A DNA stretch of 64,000 bases from IMG/VR virus record IMGVR_UViG_3300021376_000001, one strand, 5' to 3'. This document shows positions 16,938 to 24,174 of the stretch, piece after piece. The notes under the pieces were generated by a model. That model was not told the origin of the DNA and ran no database searches. It worked only from the letters and a program-made list of their open reading frames with translations. Source of the DNA: an uncultured virus (IMG/VR IMGVR_UViG_3300021376_000001) (lineage: Duplodnaviria; Heunggongvirae; Uroviricota; Caudoviricetes). Position 1 is the stretch's first letter. Every line of letters starts with the position of its first letter. Made by a program: the position numbers and the translations under genes.

Positions 16938-18368
16938 ATGGCTGAGAAAATTGCCCGCACAGGGCGGGTGCAGAGCTGGATTGATGAGCCGTCTGGGCGC
17001 CTGCCCGTGAGCTGCACAGTATTCACCGTTCAGGATTCCATGGAAGGGGAAGACGGCATTGAGGCCTCCTGGCGTTTTGTGAGCCATGGTCTGCGGAATG
17101 GTGCAGGCGTGGCTGTCCATCTATCAGAGCTGCGCCCCAAGGGCGCAGAGAACGGCAAGGGCCTGGTAGCAAGTGGCCCTGTGAGCTTTGGTAAGATTTA
17201 TTCCACATTGAATGAAATCTTGCGACGGGGCGGGCGATACAAGAATGGTGCAATTGTCCTTCATATTGATTACACGCATGATGATGCCCTTGAATTTATC
17301 AATGCATCGCGCCAAGAGCTTCCGTGGGTGAAGCGTTGCGTCAATGTGGACGAAAGGCTTTTTGAGAATGCTTCTCCAGAGCTAATTGAGGCGATGCTTA
17401 AGGGCATCGCCTCGGGCGACATCTGGCTGAACAAAATTCGTTACGACGACAAGGGTGAACGCATTCGTGCCAATGTCTGCTTGGAAGTGTATTTGCCGCA
17501 TCGTGGCACTTGTTTGTTACAGCACGTCAATATGGGCGCTTGCCGCATCGAAGACCTTGAAAGCGCTTTCACTGAAGGCATGCTGCAGCTCTGTGAGCTG
17601 CATGCTGGTACTGGCGTAGGCGACACTGGCGAATACTTACCGCCTGCTGTTGATAGACAAGTGGGGCTTGGCATGCTGGGCCTGGCTAATTTCCTGGCAC
17701 AGGAAGGCATTTCGTATGAGGATTTTGGCAAAGCGCTTGAAGCGCTTGCTGATGAAGACCATGAGCCATGGACTCATTGTTGGGCTGGTACTAAGGCTGG
17801 TGACGCTGTAGCAGCGCTTAGCAATGCCATTTGGGTTGCTCGCACCATTGCTATTGAGCACAATATGGAGAGGGCCTTTTGCATTGCTCCCACCGCATCA
17901 TGCTCCTATCGTTATCTTGACCTCAATGGCTTTACTACCACGCCCGAAATCGCACCTCCTATTAGCCGGCTTGTTGATAGGGATAGTGGTACATTTGGAG
18001 TGGAGAGTTTTGATTATGGAAACATTGAAACTGCGGCAGATGTTGGTTGGGATAATTACAGGCGGGTGGCTGATGGTGTGGTTGCTTTGTATCAGCGCAC
18101 TGGCTTATTTCATGGATATAGTTTTAATTCATGGAGTGATGTGGTTGTCTATGACGAAGCTTTCCTTCGGGATTGGCTAGCATCTCCTCAGACGAGCCTC
18201 TACTATTCGTTGCAAGTCTTACCGGACACGCAGCGCAAAGACGACGCCTACGCGGCGCTGGATGACGACTTCAAGAGCATGTTTGGGCTGGACGGCGAGT
18301 CTGAGTCTGATCAGAGTTCTGCGGCCTGTGATCTAGAGGCTGGATTCTGTAGTGCCTGCGCGGAATAA
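16938..18368 (+). CDS. nrdA: ribonucleotide reductase alpha subunit, small cyanophage type
   Basis: PVSCT, NVCLE, CLL, VGLGMLGLA, IAPTASCS, TSLYY and C-terminal CSAC; no ATP cone. Confidence 0.9.
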   Translation: MAEKIARTGRVQSWIDEPSGRLPVSCTVFTVQDSMEGEDGIEASWRFVSHGLRNGAGVAVHLSELRPKGAENGKGLVASGPVSFGKIYSTLNEILRRGGRYKNGAIVLHIDYTHDDALEFINASRQELPWVKRCVNVDERLFENASPELIEAMLKGIASGDIWLNKIRYDDKGERIRANVCLEVYLPHRGTCLLQHVNMGACRIEDLESAFTEGMLQLCELHAGTGVGDTGEYLPPAVDRQVGLGMLGLANFLAQEGISYEDFGKALEALADEDHEPWTHCWAGTKAGDAVAALSNAIWVARTIAIEHNMERAFCIAPTASCSYRYLDLNGFTTTPEIAPPISRLVDRDSGTFGVESFDYGNIETAADVGWDNYRRVADGVVALYQRTGLFHGYSFNSWSDVVVYDEAFLRDWLASPQTSLYYSLQVLPDTQRKDDAYAALDDDFKSMFGLDGESESDQSSAACDLEAGFCSACAE

Positions 18369-18454
18369 AGGAATCATTCCTCCCGCATTGCAAAAGAAAA
18401 GGGGAGCGAAAGCTCCCCTTCGTTCTCCTTACACCTCAAGACCTTATCACGAAC

Positions 18455-19195
18455 ATGACCAGCGCAGTGAAGAGCCCTTATACCAACATGATCGAGAAGA
18501 AACGGCCTTGGCAGGCCGTTCCCGTGGATAAAGGATCCGTCATTTCCGGCAGTGAAGAGACCGTTTTTCGTGCATTGGCGCTCCGTCATTTGGAACTGCC
18601 GGTGAAGGATTTTCTGCAGCAAGGGCTAGAGCGTGACCTGCCTCGCACTCCTGGAGTGGTTGAAGCGCTGCTTCATAACCAGGCAGACGAAGAGCGGCAT
18701 GATCAGGCTTTGAACTATGTGGTGGCTGCCCATGGCAGCGACGAAAAGGCCGAGAAGGAAGTGCTGCATATCCTGAAGGCATGGAAAGAGCATCCTGCCC
18801 ATCCCATTTTGAAAGCTTCTGTGCTGGAGCGTTCAATTTTCTTTGTAATTCTGCCGTTCTTTCGTTTCAACGGGGACATTGGCATGCGCACCGTGAGTGC
18901 TGACATCTCCAGAGACGAAATCAGTCATGTGGGTATTCACTCGCTGATTGCAAAAGAACTGGGAGAGGGTGCTGGTCAGAGCCTGAATAAGTTGCGTCGC
19001 GCTACGGCACTGTGGATTTTTGACAAGCTTGGTGCTAGCGAAAACAAATGGCTGGACAAGGACTTTTGGCTGCGTCAAAGTGACAATTTGTTTGAGCGGG
19101 GCAAGGCAGAAGAGCTATCTGATACACAGCGAAGCCGGATGCCAGCGTTTTTTGAGGCTCCCAACACATCGCTCCCTTCTTACGGGCGTACTTGA
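18455..19195 (+). CDS. nrdB: ribonucleotide reductase beta subunit (ferritin-like)
   Basis: LE, DEERH, LERSIFF and ISRDEISH metal-ligand motifs; adjacent to the alpha subunit. Confidence 0.8.
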   Translation: MTSAVKSPYTNMIEKKRPWQAVPVDKGSVISGSEETVFRALALRHLELPVKDFLQQGLERDLPRTPGVVEALLHNQADEERHDQALNYVVAAHGSDEKAEKEVLHILKAWKEHPAHPILKASVLERSIFFVILPFFRFNGDIGMRTVSADISRDEISHVGIHSLIAKELGEGAGQSLNKLRRATALWIFDKLGASENKWLDKDFWLRQSDNLFERGKAEELSDTQRSRMPAFFEAPNTSLPSYGRT

Positions 19196-19207
19196 GCTAT
19201 AGTTTTC

Positions 19208-19375
19208 AGCGATCAAGGGCAAGCCTCTGAAACGAATAGCCTTGGCTAATCGCTTCACGCCTGTTCTGTCATCCCGCTCTGTTTCGACATCGGGCTAAGT
19301 CCTGGGAGACCAGGCCGACGGGTTGATCACCGTTGACGGGGTGCGCGTTGGGCAGATAGCCCAGAAGGCGGCCTC
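19208..19375 (+). ncRNA. candidate structured RNA upstream of tRNA-Met
   Basis: Nested stems with UUCG and GAGA tetraloops; -10 TATAGT at 19198. Confidence 0.55.
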
Positions 19376-19379
19376 ACGT

Positions 19380-19453
19380 AGCGGAATAGAGCAGCTTGGT
19401 AGCTCGCCAGGTTCATACCCTGGAGGCCGCAGGTTCAAATCCTGCTTCCGCCA
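19380..19453 (+). tRNA. tRNA-Met(CAT), initiator-like
   Basis: Cloverleaf; anticodon arm CCAGG-TTCATAC-CCTGG; 1:72 mismatch; fMet-type D arm; CCA not encoded. Confidence 0.9.
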
Positions 19454-19468
19454 TTCTTTTCTTGGACG

Positions 19469-19990
19469 ATGAGCCTCTTCATCACATCCGACACTCACTT
19501 CGGACACGCCAAGATCCTTAGTTTTATCGACCAAGCAGGGGAGCCGCTGAGGCCTGGCTTCGCATCGCTCGATCACATGCATGATGAGCTCGTGCGGCGC
19601 TGGAACAGCGTGGTGCATAACACGGACACTGTCTACCACCTTGGAGACGTGGCCATTTCTCGTTCAGGCTTAAAAGTGCTAGAGAGACTAAATGGCAGAA
19701 AAATTTTGATCAGGGGCAATCATGACATCTTCAAGATGTGTGATTATGCGCAGTATTTTGACGACATCAGGGGTTGTCATCATCGTGACGGCTTGATGTT
19801 TAGTCACGTCCCTCTACATCGTGATTCTTTCACGTCAGAAAGATACAAAGGCAATGTGCATGGCCACTTGCATAAATATGTTGTCGAATACAAAGGCAAT
19901 CCCGACCCCTTGTATTTCAATGCATGCGTGGAAAGAAATGATTTCACGCCAGTGCCATGGGAGAAAGTGAGAGCATATTTCGGGCTATAG
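19469..19990 (+). CDS. calcineurin-like metallophosphoesterase
   Basis: SDTHFGH, HLGD, GNHD, SHVP and HGHLH motifs. Confidence 0.9.
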   Translation: MSLFITSDTHFGHAKILSFIDQAGEPLRPGFASLDHMHDELVRRWNSVVHNTDTVYHLGDVAISRSGLKVLERLNGRKILIRGNHDIFKMCDYAQYFDDIRGCHHRDGLMFSHVPLHRDSFTSERYKGNVHGHLHKYVVEYKGNPDPLYFNACVERNDFTPVPWEKVRAYFGL

Positions 19991-20023
19991 TTTGCATAAA
20001 TGGCGCCCCTGATGGGGCGCTTT

Positions 20024-20106
20024 CGCATCGTGCGAACCAATGGACAGGGCGGCTCTCCCTCGTGTAGAGGGACAGGGCGGTGAGGGTTCGATTCCTTCCG
20101 ATGCGC
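20024..20106 (+). ncRNA. tRNA-like element with non-canonical D and anticodon arms
   Basis: 7-bp acceptor CGCATCG/CGATGCG and T arm GAGGG-TTCGATT-CCTTC. Confidence 0.55.
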
Positions 20107-20315
20107 TGAATGGTGGACTCAATCCCAGGCGCACGTTTAACACGCCCATTCGAGAGCCTTGGAATGCGCCCATTCACAATATGCTCAAGGCCATTGACAA
20201 TCATATGGGCCTCTATTTAAAGGACGGCAATGTGTGGCACCTGGAGAAGGCCGATATGTTGCGGCAATACCTGCGCGAGCTAAAGTCTTGGATTCACGAA
20301 CAGGAAGGCAAGTGA
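20040..20315 (+). CDS. hypothetical cyanophage-type protein; true start uncertain
   Basis: NTPIREPWNAPIHNMLKAIDNH...; the 5' part overlaps the tRNA-like element. Confidence 0.55.
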   Translation: MDRAALPRVEGQGGEGSIPSDALNGGLNPRRTFNTPIREPWNAPIHNMLKAIDNHMGLYLKDGNVWHLEKADMLRQYLRELKSWIHEQEGK

Positions 20316-20461
20316 GCTGGCGACTGTAAGCAAAAGCGTTGGGCGAGAAGGCTGGAAGGAATAAAAAAGAAGCAGGCGTTATTGCTTTAATCAGAACTAT
20401 CATTCTTTTCTCATACATTGCCATCAATATGTTCATTGTGGCTGGCGTGACTAGACACTGA
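20312..20461 (+). pseudogene. disrupted small membrane protein
   Basis: MSWRL*AKALGEKAG...IALIRTIILFSYIAINMFIVAGVTRH*; in-frame TAA at 20327. Confidence 0.55.
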
Positions 20462-20520
20462 GAAAAAGAAATTCTGATCAATCCATCATGTGCTATAGTG
20501 TCGAAGCATTTATCCTTGCG

Positions 20521-21306
20521 ATGTTCACTCTTAATCTCTCAAGCGCAAATCAAGAAATCTGGAACCAGTTTTACCTTTACACAAAACAAGGTTCCAGAAA
20601 TGAGTTGGTCTCAATAATCCCTCAGGGATTTACTTCGCCAATTTACTTGCGTCGAGCAACTAGCGATATCGACAACTTTATTCAAATTTATCTGCGTAAA
20701 GAGTATGAATTTCTTCCAGAACAACCTAAGACAATTTTAGATCTTGGGGGTTATATTGGTCTGGCGAGCACTTACCTAGCACATAAGTATCCAAATGCCA
20801 GAATTGCCCTGGTGGAACCAGATCCTGATAATTACATAATTGCCAAATTAAACTCACGCCAGTTCGACAATATTGAATGTATTAATGTTGGCGTTTGGTC
20901 TAAGGCGTGTGATCTCACAATCTCGGCAAAGGTTGGTGGAGATTGGGGCACCATGGTTCGTGAGGTGTCAGAAGGCGAGGGAGTGTCGCCAAAAATAAAG
21001 GCGATGTCTGTTATCGATATTATGAATTTTGCGAATATGGAATACATCGACTTTTTAAAGATTGATATTGAGGGATCTGAAAAGGAAATTTTCTCTCACT
21101 CTTATTCTAAAGAATGGATCAGAAAATCTAAAGTAATCTCGTGCGAGTTACATGATCGAATGGTTGAAGGATGTGGTGACGCCTTTCATAATGCCATAAA
21201 TGGTGAAGGATTTACACATGGCAAACATGGTGAGTTCGACTATTATATTAGAAATTCACTCCATCCTTCGAGAAGCACTTCAGAAACCAATTGCTTGACG
21301 CCATGA
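20521..21306 (+). CDS. FkbM-family SAM methyltransferase (AT-rich)
   Basis: ILDLGGYIG, VEPDPDN and FLKIDIEGSE motifs. Confidence 0.9.
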   Translation: MFTLNLSSANQEIWNQFYLYTKQGSRNELVSIIPQGFTSPIYLRRATSDIDNFIQIYLRKEYEFLPEQPKTILDLGGYIGLASTYLAHKYPNARIALVEPDPDNYIIAKLNSRQFDNIECINVGVWSKACDLTISAKVGGDWGTMVREVSEGEGVSPKIKAMSVIDIMNFANMEYIDFLKIDIEGSEKEIFSHSYSKEWIRKSKVISCELHDRMVEGCGDAFHNAINGEGFTHGKHGEFDYYIRNSLHPSRSTSETNCLTP

Positions 21307-21381
21307 GTAGCAGTCGTTAGTCAACTCACCAGTCAACTCCCAACCCCCTTCCAGTTCCTACGCTGCTTCCACGATTGTGTG

Positions 21382-21410
21382 AAAAAAAGGCCCGCCAAAG
21401 CGGGCCTTTG
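21382..21410 (-). terminator. intrinsic terminator
   Basis: AGGCCCGC-CAAA-GCGGGCCT, with T7 on the minus strand. Confidence 0.75.
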
Positions 21411-21413
21411 TGT

Positions 21414-21533
21414 TCAGAACCAATGATTCTTCGGATTGTATGCCACGCCTCGATAAACAAGAGTGGCCGCTTGGGCTTCACGTAAACGTGCAGCCTTCTC
21501 AAGCTGTTGCTTGATGAGAGCAAGAGGGTTCAT
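21414..21533 (-). CDS. DUF4278-type peptide (39 aa, not in ORF track)
   Basis: MNPLALIKQQLEKAARLREAQAATLVYRGVAYNPKNHWF, containing the LxYRGVxY motif. Confidence 0.85.
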   Translation of the reverse strand: MNPLALIKQQLEKAARLREAQAATLVYRGVAYNPKNHWF

Positions 21534-21540
21534 GGTTGTT

Positions 21541-21600
21541 CTCCATGATGCTGGCCCCGTTCCGTGCCAGCGAGTCATGCGCCCCTAGTGGGGTGAACGT
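21541..21600 (-). promoter_or_regulatory. Downstream-peptide (glutamine-II) riboswitch
   Basis: Minus strand ACGTTCA-CCCC..GGGG-CGCA...GCTGGCACGGAACGGGGCCAGC; CGTTC/GAACG pseudoknot; sits upstream of the YRG peptide. Confidence 0.85.
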
Positions 21601-21615
21601 AATTTCACTCTATCA

Positions 21616-21687
21616 AGCCTCCTGTCGGAATCGAACCAACGGCCGGCAGTTTACAAAACTGCTGCTCTACCGCTGAGCTAAAGAGGC
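21616..21687 (-). tRNA. tRNA-Thr(TGT)
   Basis: GCCTCTTTAGCTCAGCGGTAGAGCA-GCAGT-TTTGTAA-ACTGC...GTTCGATT; canonical cloverleaf. Confidence 0.92.
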
Positions 21688-21691
21688 AAGG

Positions 21692-21863
21692 TGGCAGGGT
21701 TACTTCGCTTTAGAAGATCAACGGGTGCGGCCCGTGCCCTGCCGGCTTCATCGTCGCTCCTGGTGGGGCGACAGCAGAGAGAGCTTCCACCCTCTCACTG
21801 CCAAAGAGGTGCCTGATCACCTCTGAAACCACCGGGCGCCCAGTGGTTTGCATCGCGAATGCT
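21692..21863 (-). ncRNA. candidate multi-hairpin RNA (possibly manA-like) upstream of tRNA-Thr
   Basis: Six consecutive helical domains; -10 TATAGT at 21874-21869. Confidence 0.6.
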
Positions 21864-22274
21864 TGAAAACTATAGGGCAAATATCAGGGAATGTGGCTTA
21901 TTGGTTGGCTTTGGAGAATGACCGGTATCTGGCAGCTATTGGCGCCATGCCGAATACACCATGCCGCATTGTTCTGTGATCTGGCGATAGTGGTGACGGC
22001 TTTTTCAGGCTAGTCCAATTTTCATCGCTGGTAAAAATTGGCATGTGTTGAAAATTACACTATTCGGCCTTATGTTCTATCTTGAGCTGTTGAAGCAGCT
22101 TTGTAAGTTTTGGCAATAGGAAAGGCTTGTAGAAGTGTTCTGCATGCAGAAGCTGAAGGGCCGTTTGGCGATCTCCCTCAAGTAATGCAACGAGAAATAA
22201 TGCCTCTTGGTATGAGAGTTCAAGCACGGCTCTGTGTCATGGTCATAGTAAATTTGATCACATACTAACCATTG

Positions 22275-23639
22275 TCACAGGAAATTCTCCAGCCAGTTTG
22301 CTTCGTCATCTTGATTGGCCGCATGAATAGCTGCTGCTAATGCAAACGCATGGTCATCAATGCCAGTTTGCTTGCCCCCCGTCACAGTCCATTGTCCACC
22401 AGCCCTGTAAACAACAGTGAGGTTTTTAATTTCGCTAACTGCTTTCTCGTGGTTATAGATATTGATTTGCCCCGCATTGAACAATTCCCTCATTTTTGAG
22501 AAAGCCTTGATCTTGGAATTGATAGTCCAGGTGAGCTCTTCGATGGGGAAGTTGCCTGACAGCGCCTGGATTGTGCCAGCACTGTTGTACTGGTCCATCA
22601 CAATCTTGTCAAATAAATAAAGCTTATGCTGCTCTTGTATCCAATCTTCCACCGCATTGATATTCACTTCTTTCCGGCCATTGATTTCAAAGTCAGCAAG
22701 GAAGGTGTGAAATTTATCAACAACTAGCACCCCACCTTCAAAATGCACGATACAGGCAGTGTAATTATCACGGCCCACCCCACCGCGAGCGGGGTCCAGG
22801 GCCAGAACATAGGTTCCAACAAATTGTTCGCGAGGTGGAAGAACACTCCGTCCGTTATCAATACAGGCATCAACAACGTCACTTGAAATAAGAGCGGAAA
22901 GGTTGGTGGAAAACTGAGCTCCATACTCCACCTTAAACTTATCTGGATCGCGCTCTTTTTCCATTGCGAGAAAATCCTCGCTAATGGCAGGGTTCATCTC
23001 CCATGTTGGGAGGTTGATGGCTTGAAGATAGGGGAAGCGGCCTGAAGCCGCTTCTTTGAAGTGCTGGTAGAAGAGGCCATCTGTTAGCCAGGGGGAAGAG
23101 AGCTCAAGGATTTTGCCGTCTTTACCGAACTGGGCAACGGCAGGGCTAAGAGCTTGGTAGATGCCATTGGCACCAGAGTTGGCATCACCATCTACGGCGA
23201 AGGCAAGCTCATCAAATACGCAGGCGCAACAGGCAAGACCACGAGCGGCGCGGCCCGATGTGGGAATCGCCTTGAACACACATCCATTGCTGATTTCTAA
23301 TTGATCAGCGGTTTCTCTGACGATTTCTTGAGCGAAGGGACTGTCGAGGATGAGCTGGCGAATGTTATTAAGAGCAATGCGGCTCTGATCTTGACTGTTG
23401 GCCACAGTCAACACGTACCAACGCTCTCCTTTTCTTACTTTCTTTTTGTAACGGTCTTCTAAAACGAAGGCAATATAAACGCAAGCAACGGCAGCCATGA
23501 GCGTCTTGCCACTGCGTCGCCCGAGGGCCCATGTTGCCTGGGTATAGCCACCTTCAAAAAAATTATCAAGAATTTCTGCTTGCTTTGGATAGAGCTCTAG
23601 TTGAAGGGCGTGTTTAGCAAAGTCTGAGCATCTAAGCAT
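22275..23639 (-). CDS. terL: terminase large subunit
   Basis: Walker A GRRSGKT, Walker B VFDE, nuclease motifs LALDPARG and DDHAFAL. Confidence 0.9.
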   Translation of the reverse strand: MLRCSDFAKHALQLELYPKQAEILDNFFEGGYTQATWALGRRSGKTLMAAVACVYIAFVLEDRYKKKVRKGERWYVLTVANSQDQSRIALNNIRQLILDSPFAQEIVRETADQLEISNGCVFKAIPTSGRAARGLACCACVFDELAFAVDGDANSGANGIYQALSPAVAQFGKDGKILELSSPWLTDGLFYQHFKEAASGRFPYLQAINLPTWEMNPAISEDFLAMEKERDPDKFKVEYGAQFSTNLSALISSDVVDACIDNGRSVLPPREQFVGTYVLALDPARGGVGRDNYTACIVHFEGGVLVVDKFHTFLADFEINGRKEVNINAVEDWIQEQHKLYLFDKIVMDQYNSAGTIQALSGNFPIEELTWTINSKIKAFSKMRELFNAGQINIYNHEKAVSEIKNLTVVYRAGGQWTVTGGKQTGIDDHAFALAAAIHAANQDDEANWLENFL

Positions 23640-24124
23640 TGCTTGAGTTCCGCCATGGGGCGGAGAGCTTCTTTAGGGACGAAATAAGAAATGCGACCGG
23701 GAACATGACTTCTCTTCCATTGTTCCTGTTTTGCATCGTGCGCTTTAATCCAGCCCTGTAGGCGAATTTCTCGAGATTCAATGGTGACCAATACCAGGGT
23801 CTTTTCGGGGCTTTCGTTAAGGAAGCACGCCAAATCATAGTAATGCTTGGCTCTTGTTTTTACGTCAATGTTAGGCGGGAGGTCGTAGCTGCCCCGCACG
23901 GCTTCTTTTTCTTGAAAGACGTGTTGCTTGAGGCCGAGATAGGAGGCCACTGCCATTTCGCCACCAGCGCCCAAGATGTGGACGCGGAGTGCATCATGTC
24001 CGTCTGTGGGGCCTCGATCACGGCCCACCTTGCCCTGCGCGACGTTCACATTTTGCCGGCGTTCGCCTTCTGCAATAGAGAGAGCCCTTTCCGACGGGCT
24101 GAGTTTCCAGACAAGGTGCGACAC
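23597..24124 (-). CDS. hypothetical PD-(D/E)XK-like protein
   Basis: GAGGEMAVA...YDL...IDVKT pattern. Confidence 0.55.
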   Translation of the reverse strand: MSHLVWKLSPSERALSIAEGERRQNVNVAQGKVGRDRGPTDGHDALRVHILGAGGEMAVASYLGLKQHVFQEKEAVRGSYDLPPNIDVKTRAKHYYDLACFLNESPEKTLVLVTIESREIRLQGWIKAHDAKQEQWKRSHVPGRISYFVPKEALRPMAELKQCLDAQTLLNTPFN

Positions 24125-24174
24125 AAGGTGTGCCTATCACAGTTAACACACCAATGTACCTAGTTCTAGAATGA

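Noticed and set aside
16938..18368. Class II (B12) nrdJ assignment
   Set aside because: The adjacent ferritin-like beta gene and the LYY tyrosine pair indicate class I.
21693..21745. Hammerhead ribozyme in the three-way junction
   Set aside because: The CUGAnGA and GAAA core is absent.
22060..22228. Small minus-strand gene that seems to change frame near 22175 (MLELSYQEAL.../DRQTALQLL...)
   Set aside because: No slippery site or homology evidence; cannot distinguish pseudogene, sequencing error or chance.
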